Shown one piece after another: positions 7,098 to 15,018 of a stretch of 64,000 bases of DNA. Positions within the stretch are counted from its first letter, which is position 1. Every line of letters begins with the position of its first letter. Made by a program: the position numbers and the translations under genes. This stretch comes from a virus. Lineage: Duplodnaviria > Caudoviricetes. A model generated the notes under the pieces. The model worked only from the letters and a program-made list of their open reading frames with translations. It made no database searches and had not been told where the DNA came from. The DNA is taken from the IMG/VR virus record IMGVR_UViG_3300035703_002708, one strand, 5' to 3'.

Positions 7098-7130
7098 AAG
7101 GGTTATCACTTCGGTGGTTACCCTTTTTTT
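7098..7130 (+). terminator. Intrinsic terminator of the ncRNA/tRNA transcript
   Basis: GGGTTATCAC-TTCG-GTGGTTACCC followed by a T7 run. Confidence 0.8.
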
Positions 7131-7153
7131 ATTTTATATAAATTGTAAGAAAC

Positions 7154-7186
7154 AAAAAAACCCCATTCCGAAAAGGAATGAGGTTT
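7154..7186 (-). terminator. Intrinsic terminator downstream of the tmRNA
   Basis: CCCCATTCC-GAAAA-GGAATGAGG hairpin with an A7 run on + (U-tract on -). Confidence 0.7.
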
Positions 7187-7190
7187 CAGA

Positions 7191-7561
7191 TGGTGGAGAT
7201 GCGGGGTGCTGCCCCCCGGTCTTGCTCACTTTGGTAATTAAGGACTACGTAAATAGGTCAACATTAGTTCTTAATGTTCCGAAATATTGATTTTCTTACT
7301 CAGAAAACCACAAACGAGTTTTGTTTCTTTTAGGATAGAAACCACACCCTACCAGTACTTCTGTTCCGAGGTTATATGTACGCCGACCCGAAGTAGTTTC
7401 GCCTTAGGCTACTGCTACAGTTTCAGAAGTACGAACAAGTCCTACAGCTGAAAGTTTGTTGATAACGTTTCCGTCTAATTGTTAAGTCAGTTTTACAAGG
7501 TTAACTCAGCCTCGTTACGCCCTTAATTAGCAACCGTGCCAATCGATGCTATGTCATCCCC
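7191..7561 (-). ncRNA. ssrA: tmRNA (one-piece, 371 nt), predicted tag (A)GNVINKLSAVGLVRTSETVAVA*
   Basis: 5' GGGGATG pairs with 3' CATCTCC-A-CCA including G3.U70; internal tag ORF 7472-7404 preceded by the UAGAC resume context; promoter TTG-N19-TATATTTG at 7618-7589 (-). Confidence 0.93.
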
Positions 7562-7648
7562 ATTATGTTAAAGAACTTCTTTCTTCTACAAATATACGAA
7601 CCTTTTTGGAAAAACCAAAAAGAATAAATATTTATCAATAAAAAATTT

Positions 7649-8983
7649 ATGACAAGTGAAGACCTCGATGAAGGAAGGAATGTTATTATCGAAAACGATG
7701 ATTACCTTTTCATGGAAATATTAAATGCCGAAACTGCAAGATACTATGGTAAAGATGATATTGCTTACCTTTGGGGAAGAAAATATAGAGAGGGTCATTT
7801 ATATTATTTGATTGATAAAAAATTCAGGGGAGATTCAATTTGGATTCATATTCCTCGTATGAGTTCTATAGAAATAGAAACCTTCGACGAGGAAGTTCTT
7901 ACTTTATCTGACCTATTGAGAAGACATTCATTTATTGAAAAATTCATTATGGATAAAGTCAATCCATTTGATATGAGCACTTATTATGCTTTGAAAGCGA
8001 TTGCTCAAGGGGTTCCACCTTTAAGTGATTGGTCAATGCAAAATGTTGATGACCTTATTAGTAATTTCAAATATATCAAAGGAAATCCAAGAAATTCTAT
8101 TGTAACTTTAAGATTTGATAATAATGAGGAATATTTTAGAACATTCGATGTTAGTGATGATACTGTTTGGTTTCTGAATAGAATTTTTAACTCTTATGAA
8201 GGTGGCTATGAATTTGTTGATTACTCTGACAATTATCAATGGACCGATGGTTACATTCTTACTTACAATTTGAATGACGAAAATAAAGAAAAAGTTAATG
8301 AAATATTAAAAGTATTAAAACCTGGTACCACTCTAACAGATAATGACCACGATAATGCGGAGTTAACTAAAATACTTGACAATTTCTACCCTGAAATTGG
8401 TGATGATTTAACTACTGAATATGCTCATTTAGAAAACCAAGCAAGAAACGAAAAAGCGAAGGAAGAAATAACTGATGAATTTTGTAACATATACGAAAAA
8501 TTTAATATATTCGTGAGAAGAGGTTGTTTTTGGGAATATACAACTCCTGTTTGGAATTTAGTTAGGTTATACGAATCAAAACAATTATTCAATACAGATT
8601 TATTGGGACTAATCTCTGCTATAGGTCATACATTAAGTGTGACCGATTGGTATGAATATATGTATGAAATTTATGGTGATAATTTTGATGACGAACAATT
8701 TAACAGAGAAGCCGCAAGGACCTTGGATAAAGTCATAGAAAAGTTAGAAGAACAAAATTTGGATAAAGTAAAAAAGGTTTACAATGAAATTTCCAAAAAA
8801 TTCAAGTTTGAAAGATGGTATGATTTTCCGGTTGACCCCAAGAAAAGTTTTTATATGAGAAAAATAGATTTGGAAACAGGAAAATTGGATGTTAATTTGA
8901 GAGGCGTCGGTATCAACAGTTACCGAACTTTGATGGAACTCGAGGATTTTTATAACCTGATTTATAATTATTCTTTGTTTTAA
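7649..8983 (+). CDS. Hypothetical protein (444 aa)
   Basis: Long ORF with TATTTAT motif at 7629-7635; no recognisable motif. Confidence 0.8.
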   Translation: MTSEDLDEGRNVIIENDDYLFMEILNAETARYYGKDDIAYLWGRKYREGHLYYLIDKKFRGDSIWIHIPRMSSIEIETFDEEVLTLSDLLRRHSFIEKFIMDKVNPFDMSTYYALKAIAQGVPPLSDWSMQNVDDLISNFKYIKGNPRNSIVTLRFDNNEEYFRTFDVSDDTVWFLNRIFNSYEGGYEFVDYSDNYQWTDGYILTYNLNDENKEKVNEILKVLKPGTTLTDNDHDNAELTKILDNFYPEIGDDLTTEYAHLENQARNEKAKEEITDEFCNIYEKFNIFVRRGCFWEYTTPVWNLVRLYESKQLFNTDLLGLISAIGHTLSVTDWYEYMYEIYGDNFDDEQFNREAARTLDKVIEKLEEQNLDKVKKVYNEISKKFKFERWYDFPVDPKKSFYMRKIDLETGKLDVNLRGVGINSYRTLMELEDFYNLIYNYSLF

Positions 8984-8985
8984 TT

Positions 8986-9015
8986 TTGTTTTGTTAAAAA
9001 CTTTTGATAGATTTG
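8986..9015 (+). promoter_or_regulatory. Bacteroidota-type promoter, leaderless geometry
   Basis: TTG(8986-8988)-N19-TAGATTTG(9008-9015)-N4-ATG(9020). Confidence 0.7.
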
Positions 9016-9019
9016 TCCT

Positions 9020-9853
9020 ATGGAAAGAAATTATCAATTACTGAAGGACGTTTTGTCCGTACCATCTAAAACCTACAATGAGGAACTGATGGTTGAATTC
9101 ATCTCAAATTGGCTTACCGAAAATAACATTGACCACGAAGTTGATGAATATATGAATGTATATGCCACCAAAACAACGGGTCCTGTTCCTGATAATTTTT
9201 ATTTTCCTTGTGTTGTATCTCACACTGATACTGTTCACAACATCGATACAATAAATGTGGTCGAAGAACAAAAACCGAATGCTCAAGGTGAAATCAAACT
9301 TTCCCTTAAAGCATACAACGATTTAGGTAATCCTACGGGAATTGGTGGTGATGATAAGTGTGGTATTTACGCTTGTTTAGAATTACTAAAGGAGTTGCCA
9401 TTTTTGAAAGCGGCGTTTTTCGTTTCAGAAGAAACTGGTTGTCACGGGTCTAGAAAAGCGGACAGGTCTTTTTTCTCTGATGTGGGATATGCGATTCAAT
9501 TCGATGCCCCTGAAAATTGGATGGTAACTGAAAGATGTTGGGGTACGACTTTGTTTGACCGTAGGTCTGATTTTTTCAAGCACTGTGATAATGTGTTGAC
9601 TGAATCTTTTCCTGATAAATTACAATATTTTTCACATCCATACACTGACGTTTACGCACTAAAGGAATCATTTGACTTTTCTTGTATAAACATTTCAATC
9701 GGGTATTATGATTACCACACCAAAAACGAATATGTCGTCGTAGAAGATGTTTATAACGGAATTGATGTAGGAAAGAAAATGATTGAAAAATTAGGTTATT
9801 CTAAATACAAATTCAAAACTGAAAAACCTGATAAGTTTTATTCGGTGTTTTAG
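9020..9853 (+). CDS. M20/M28-clan zinc metallopeptidase
   Basis: Motifs SHTDTV, GGDDKCG, SEETG, IQFD and YHT. Confidence 0.8.
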   Translation: MERNYQLLKDVLSVPSKTYNEELMVEFISNWLTENNIDHEVDEYMNVYATKTTGPVPDNFYFPCVVSHTDTVHNIDTINVVEEQKPNAQGEIKLSLKAYNDLGNPTGIGGDDKCGIYACLELLKELPFLKAAFFVSEETGCHGSRKADRSFFSDVGYAIQFDAPENWMVTERCWGTTLFDRRSDFFKHCDNVLTESFPDKLQYFSHPYTDVYALKESFDFSCINISIGYYDYHTKNEYVVVEDVYNGIDVGKKMIEKLGYSKYKFKTEKPDKFYSVF

Positions 9854-9897
9854 TTTTAGTTAAATAAGTTTTTTTATTAAGTTTTATATTTATCAAT

Positions 9898-10446
9898 ATG
9901 AAACTGATAAATTTACTGACTCGGATAATATCTGAGCAACCCGCTTTTCAAAAAAGACTACTTATAAAAGGTCTAGTTTTAAGTGAAATTTTCGATGGTA
10001 ATATATTCGAATTATATACAGGTCAGCATGGGGTAGACCGAGCCATAAGAGAAGAAAATACATCTGAAGTTACCAAATATGACATTATTGATAAATTTAC
10101 AAGGGCAATACCTGAATTGAATAAAAGATTTTTCGGTATGATAAGAAATGCTAAAAGTCCAATTATTGATGGTAAATATTTTTTCAGGGACTTCAAATCA
10201 GGTGGTCCGAGAGAAGAAAAATCTCCAAGGTTTGTAGTTGTAGAACAAAAAGATGATTTTTTTCAAATGGTACTTATGGTTAAGAACTACGACAAAAATA
10301 GTAATTACATATCGTTTGAGATAGTCACTATTTTGAAAAGTGGTGAACCCCTATATAATTTATATAATCCTAAACATCACGTTCTCAAGTATAATATTTT
10401 TTTAGAACATGTTGGTGTTTCAGAAATAATTCATATATTTGTGTAA
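9898..10446 (+). CDS. Hypothetical late protein
   Basis: TATTTAT at 9887-9893; N-terminus MKLINLLTRIISE. Confidence 0.7.
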   Translation: MKLINLLTRIISEQPAFQKRLLIKGLVLSEIFDGNIFELYTGQHGVDRAIREENTSEVTKYDIIDKFTRAIPELNKRFFGMIRNAKSPIIDGKYFFRDFKSGGPREEKSPRFVVVEQKDDFFQMVLMVKNYDKNSNYISFEIVTILKSGEPLYNLYNPKHHVLKYNIFLEHVGVSEIIHIFV

Positions 10447-10565
10447 GAAAATCCGAAGGTCGTTGAGGATTAAAATATAAAGCGACTGGGTGGGGAAAGT
10501 TATGTGTCAGCTTCCACCGAGTAATAACACTTCTGAACCAAACAAAATTTGGTCAGGCAGAAAGG

Positions 10566-10593
10566 AAAAGGAGGTCATTCGACCTCCTTTTTT
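10566..10593. terminator. Bidirectional intrinsic terminator overlapping the clp stop codon
   Basis: AAAAGGAGGTC-ATTC-GACCTCCTTTT perfect 11-bp stem. Confidence 0.8.
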
Positions 10594-12614
10594 GATTTAC
10601 CCTTCTTTGGTTTTTTATCTTCTGTAATTTTAACTTGTTCTTCTTCAACAGATATAGTATAGTTGTGGTCGGTGAGTAATTCACCTTTGAGGACTTCTTC
10701 TGAAATGTAATCTTCAATCTTGTCCTGAATCGCTCTTTTCAAAGGACGGGCACCATACATCTCGTCAAATCCAACTTTAGAAATCATATCAACAATTGAG
10801 TCGTCAAATTTGACGTTGTACTTAATTTTGGTCAATCTATCTGTCAACTTAATAAGTTCAATTTTAACAATTTCTTTTACGTGTTCTTCTTTCAAAGTGT
10901 TGAATACAATGATATCATCGATACGGTTCAAGAACTCAGGTGCAAAAAATTTCTGAAGTTCTTTTTTCAGAGTATCTCGTTTTTGTTCCTCAACGATATA
11001 ATCCTTTTTCTGAAAACCGATACCCGAACCAAATTCTTGGACTTTTTTAACACCAAGATTTGATGTCATAATAATCAAACAATTTTTGAAGTTAATTTTA
11101 CGACCCAAACTATCAGTTAGGTGTCCATCATCCAATACTTGAAGTAATGTTGAAAACACATCTTTATTTGCTTTTTCAATTTCGTCAAACAAAACAACTG
11201 AATATGGTTTATTTTTAACTTGTTCAGTGAGTTGTCCCCCCTCATCATAACCCACATATCCTGGAGGTGCCCCAATCAAACGAGACACGGTATGTTTTTC
11301 TTGATATTCGGACATATCAATTCTGATTAGTGAATCTTCACTACCAAAAATTTCTTTCGCCAATTGTTTTGCTAAATGTGTTTTACCAACACCTGTTGAA
11401 CCCAAGAAGATAAACGAACCAATTGGTCTATTAGGGTCTTTGATACCCAATCTATTTCTACGAATTGCTTTCGAGATTTTACTTACCGCTTCCGATTGAC
11501 CAATAACTTTTGATTCCAACATCGACTCCAAATTAATAAGAGATTTTGTGTCATCAACATTTAATTTACCAACAGGAATTTTGGTCATATTTGAAACAAC
11601 CTCATAAACAAGTTCGATTTGAACATCTTTTTTGTTGATATTCATTTCTTCTTCAAATCTTTGTTTTTCAGCATGGAGTCGGTTTAATACTTTTTTCTCC
11701 TTATCTCGTAATTCCGCCGCTTGTTCATAGTTTTGTCTTTTAACAACATCTATCTTCATTTGTTTTATATCAGAGGCCTCCTGTTTTAACTTTTCAATAG
11801 ACTCTGGCATTTTAACATCTACCTGACTTCTTGCACCTACTTCATCTATAATATCAAAAGCTTTGTCAGGAAACTCTCTATCTGTAATATATCTGTCTGC
11901 TAAATCAACACAAGTAATTAATACTTCATCCGAGAAAATTACTTTGTGATAATCCTCATATTTTGATTTGGAGTTTCTTAAAATTTGTAAAGTTTCATCT
12001 TTCGTTGCTGGGTCAACAATCACTTTTTGAAATCTGCGTTCAAGTGCTCCGTCTTTTTCAAAGTTTTTTCTATACTCATCTAATGTTGTCGCTCCAATAC
12101 ACTGAATTTCTCCTCTTGCAAGTGCGGGTTTGAATATGTTTGAAGCGTCTAAAGAACCTGAAGAATTACCAGCACCTACGATTGTATGGATTTCATCAAT
12201 AAAGACAATAATGTTTGGATGAGATTGTAATTCCTCGATTATCACTTTCATTCTTTCCTCAAACTGACCACGATATTTTGTTCCCGCAACAATCGATGTC
12301 ATATCAAGTAATACAATCCTTTTATCAACCAAATTTCTTGGACATTCACCTTGTTGGATTTTCATTGCCAATCCTTCAACAATTGCGGTTTTACCACAAC
12401 CTGGCTCACCAATAATAATTGGGTTATTTTTCTTTCTTCTTGATAGAATTTGAGCAATTCTCAATATTTCTTTATCTCTACCAATTACAGGGTCTAATTT
12501 ACCTTCTTCGGCATACTTAATCAAATCTTTTGAGAAGTTATCTAATACAGGTGTTCCTGTTTCACTTTCTATTTTCTTTTTGTGTGATGGTCCATCATCC
12601 ATTATCTCGTTCAT
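10575..12614 (-). CDS. clpC: ClpC-type AAA+ Clp protease ATPase lacking the N-terminal Clp-repeat domain
   Basis: Walker A GEPGCGKT and GSTGVGKT, Walker B IDEIH and FDEIEK, GYVGY pore loop, UVR-like middle domain (QNYEQAAELRD), and the ClpP-docking IGF loop. Confidence 0.9.
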   Translation of the reverse strand: MNEIMDDGPSHKKKIESETGTPVLDNFSKDLIKYAEEGKLDPVIGRDKEILRIAQILSRRKKNNPIIIGEPGCGKTAIVEGLAMKIQQGECPRNLVDKRIVLLDMTSIVAGTKYRGQFEERMKVIIEELQSHPNIIVFIDEIHTIVGAGNSSGSLDASNIFKPALARGEIQCIGATTLDEYRKNFEKDGALERRFQKVIVDPATKDETLQILRNSKSKYEDYHKVIFSDEVLITCVDLADRYITDREFPDKAFDIIDEVGARSQVDVKMPESIEKLKQEASDIKQMKIDVVKRQNYEQAAELRDKEKKVLNRLHAEKQRFEEEMNINKKDVQIELVYEVVSNMTKIPVGKLNVDDTKSLINLESMLESKVIGQSEAVSKISKAIRRNRLGIKDPNRPIGSFIFLGSTGVGKTHLAKQLAKEIFGSEDSLIRIDMSEYQEKHTVSRLIGAPPGYVGYDEGGQLTEQVKNKPYSVVLFDEIEKANKDVFSTLLQVLDDGHLTDSLGRKINFKNCLIIMTSNLGVKKVQEFGSGIGFQKKDYIVEEQKRDTLKKELQKFFAPEFLNRIDDIIVFNTLKEEHVKEIVKIELIKLTDRLTKIKYNVKFDDSIVDMISKVGFDEMYGARPLKRAIQDKIEDYISEEVLKGELLTDHNYTISVEEEQVKITEDKKPKKGKSKKEVE

Positions 12615-12664
12615 AGTATTTAAATTTTGTAAAAATATAGGAATTGAATTTATAAATTCAACAG

Positions 12665-12737
12665 TGTCAGTTTGTCACACATAGTATGACATTTTGTCAG
12701 TTCATGTCAGTTTTTTTGGTTTGGCACAAAGTTGGCT
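12665..12737. promoter_or_regulatory. TGTCA repeat array plus sigma54-like promoter upstream of hsp20
   Basis: TGTCAGTT at 12665, 12695 and 12705, TGTCA at 12673, inverted TGACA at 12687; TGGCACAAAGTTGGCT at 12722-12737 has GG-N10-GC spacing. Confidence 0.5.
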
Positions 12738-12774
12738 CACCAAGTAAAAAATAAACTTATAAATTATAAAAACT

Positions 12775-13155
12775 ATGTTTAACACAATTTCTTTATTCAG
12801 TCCAACATTTGATGATTTAACAAAGGACTTTTTTGAATCAACGAGGAAGAATTATTATTCGACCGATTATGAAACCCACAAAACTGAGGATGGTATGTAT
12901 TATTTATTTGATGTACCAGGTTTTAACAAATCAAATCTAAAAGTTGAGGTGGAAGGTTCGAAACTTTTGATTGATGGTAAAAGAATTTATAAAACATCAA
13001 ATGGTGAAAGAACAAAGACATTCCAAAAAACTTATGAGTTGGGAAATAAAATTGACATCTCAAAACTTGAGGCAACAATCGAGGATGGAATTTTGACAAT
13101 CTTTATTCCTACTCCAAGTGAAAAGGAAACAAAGAAAAAAATCTCTCTTCTTTAA
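12775..13155 (+). CDS. Hsp20/alpha-crystallin small heat-shock protein
   Basis: FDVPGFNKSNLKVEV...LLIDG...ATIEDGILTIFIP. Confidence 0.9.
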   Translation: MFNTISLFSPTFDDLTKDFFESTRKNYYSTDYETHKTEDGMYYLFDVPGFNKSNLKVEVEGSKLLIDGKRIYKTSNGERTKTFQKTYELGNKIDISKLEATIEDGILTIFIPTPSEKETKKKISLL

Positions 13156-13164
13156 TTTTTTCAA

Positions 13165-13195
13165 AAAAACCCCTCCCAAAAAGAGGGGTCTTTTT
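13165..13195 (+). terminator. Intrinsic terminator
   Basis: ACCCCTC-CCAAAAA-GAGGGGT followed by a T-run. Confidence 0.75.
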
Positions 13196-13230
13196 ATTTC
13201 ACGACATATTTATTTGTAAAATAAAAAATT

Positions 13231-13971
13231 ATGAAAAATTTATTCAATTCAATTTGCGATAAAGAAAGAAAGAGAATATTAGAAATGCATGAATTTGAAA
13301 AAAATAAATCCAATTTACTACTCGAGGATTTATTTTCTGGAATTATCGGCAAATTAGCCAGAAGCGCTAGAACTTTAGTCACAAAAAACGAAGATGATAT
13401 AATTAAAGCATTAAGGACGACTGAGGTTGCACTATCTAAGGATTTGGATGAAATTGTATCCGCCTCAGTAAAAAATAGAAATATGTCTAATATTGAAACT
13501 TTAGAGGCGAAGTTGATTCACATTTTTGACCCATCAGGGACTCAGACCGCAATGGCGCAAGAACAAACAAAAAAATTCTTAAATGCTTATGCGAAAAGTA
13601 AGAATAAGACAGGTTGGCGACAGATTAGAGATGAAGTTTCGGGAAATCCTCAACCCAAAATGGCACAAACTTCATCTCAGGCCGCTCGAGATATGTTCAA
13701 GGGACAAAGAATTTCTAATCGTTGGTATGGATTTACTGACCCGAATTATGCCAATGGAATAAATTGGGGAGTTATCACTAATGCAAAAAATATGGACGAT
13801 TACAACAAAGTAATTGCTAAAGCAATAAAAACAGGTGATTATTCAACAATATCGAGAGGTGGATTCGAAAAATTTGGTATACCTAATTTTAGAGAATATT
13901 TACAAAAAAATATCGCAAAAATAAATGAAGTAGACCCATCAACGGGTAGGTGGAGTGTAATTTTTAAATGA
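13231..13971 (+). CDS. Hypothetical late (putative virion-internal) protein
   Basis: TATTTAT at 13207-13213; ERKRILEMH N-terminal motif shared with ORF 34235. Confidence 0.75.
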   Translation: MKNLFNSICDKERKRILEMHEFEKNKSNLLLEDLFSGIIGKLARSARTLVTKNEDDIIKALRTTEVALSKDLDEIVSASVKNRNMSNIETLEAKLIHIFDPSGTQTAMAQEQTKKFLNAYAKSKNKTGWRQIRDEVSGNPQPKMAQTSSQAARDMFKGQRISNRWYGFTDPNYANGINWGVITNAKNMDDYNKVIAKAIKTGDYSTISRGGFEKFGIPNFREYLQKNIAKINEVDPSTGRWSVIFK

Positions 13972-13972
13972 A

Positions 13973-14740
13973 ATGACTATGTCCAAGAAAAAACATATAA
14001 ATGATTCCAACTTGTTGTTGGAAGCGAGATATCTTTTGGAGCAACCGGATTCCAAGATGCCAGGCCAAATAGAGAAATTTGGGTACAAACAAAATGATGC
14101 ATCTACTTTAGGACCTGCATTACAAAGACAAAAAGAATATTTGGAATCAATGGATACTCATACGTTACTAACGATAGGTAGCGTGGCAACCGCATTTATT
14201 CCAGTCGTCGGTCCATTAATAAGTGCGGGATTATCTCTTGCGGATGCTTCTATATATTTATCGGAAGGTGATAAAAAATCTGCAGGTTTATCTGCAATTT
14301 TTGCGGTTCTTCCTGGTTTAACGGGTGTTGTTGCTAAAATCCCTTTAATAAAAAATTTAGGTAGCAATGGTATGAAATTATTAGCCGACAAGATAATAAA
14401 AAATGGTGCCAAGGCTAAACTTACAAAACAGGAGTTGGGGGTTGTTAATAGTATTTCTCAAAATCAGAGTTTGATAACACAGGAACTTAACAATTATTCT
14501 AAAAATGTTGCATCGAAATATCTCAATAACACTAAAAACGCAAAATTGAAGTCTACTCTGTCAAGCATCGCTAAAGGTGGTTTGAAATTTAGTGGACAGG
14601 TTGCCGGTTACGGTTCTGTGGCTTATATTTACGATAAACTATATCAAGACGAACCTTCGAGTACAGATTTGGTTAAAAATTTGAGCACAGTAAAACCAAC
14701 AGCGGCTAGTTATCAGGCGGCAAAATCAATACAGTGGTAA
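13973..14740 (+). CDS. Hypothetical protein with Gly/Ala-rich amphipathic segments
   Basis: 255-aa ORF tightly coupled to its neighbours. Confidence 0.75.
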   Translation: MTMSKKKHINDSNLLLEARYLLEQPDSKMPGQIEKFGYKQNDASTLGPALQRQKEYLESMDTHTLLTIGSVATAFIPVVGPLISAGLSLADASIYLSEGDKKSAGLSAIFAVLPGLTGVVAKIPLIKNLGSNGMKLLADKIIKNGAKAKLTKQELGVVNSISQNQSLITQELNNYSKNVASKYLNNTKNAKLKSTLSSIAKGGLKFSGQVAGYGSVAYIYDKLYQDEPSSTDLVKNLSTVKPTAASYQAAKSIQW

Positions 14741-14757
14741 GTTCAAAAGTAAAAGTT

Positions 14758-15000
14758 ATGGCAATCATCAAAGAAGAAATTAAAGGGACCAAAATAATTA
14801 ACGACATTCAGTCATCAAACATCAAACACACAGAGTATGATACTGAAACAAAATCGTTAGAAGTTATTTTTAATAATGACCTGAAATACATATATGAAGG
14901 AGTCCCTCATCAGGTTTATACACAATTCAGAATGTCTGAATCTCAAGGTAAATTTTTCAGTTCAAAAATATCCAAATCATACCCTTATAAAAAAGTCTGA
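14758..15000 (+). CDS. KTSC domain protein
   Basis: SSNIKHTEYD...LEVIF...YIYEGVP..VY.......S.GKFF...I...YPY; start moved to ATG 14758. Confidence 0.85.
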   Translation: MAIIKEEIKGTKIINDIQSSNIKHTEYDTETKSLEVIFNNDLKYIYEGVPHQVYTQFRMSESQGKFFSSKISKSYPYKKV

Positions 15001-15018
15001 TTAACGGATATTTATAAT

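Noticed and set aside
10450-10565. preQ1, pistol, hammerhead or SRP identity for the intergenic structure
   Set aside because: It has a similar pseudoknot topology or short words (TCAGG..GGAA, CTGA..GAAA), but the conserved cores (CUGANGA, the pistol P2/AAG/GCG segments, the preQ1 loop, the SRP helix-8 symmetric loop) are absent.
12615-12774. CIRCE/HrcA operator between clpC and hsp20
   Set aside because: TTAGCACTC-N9-GAGTGCTAA is not present on either strand.
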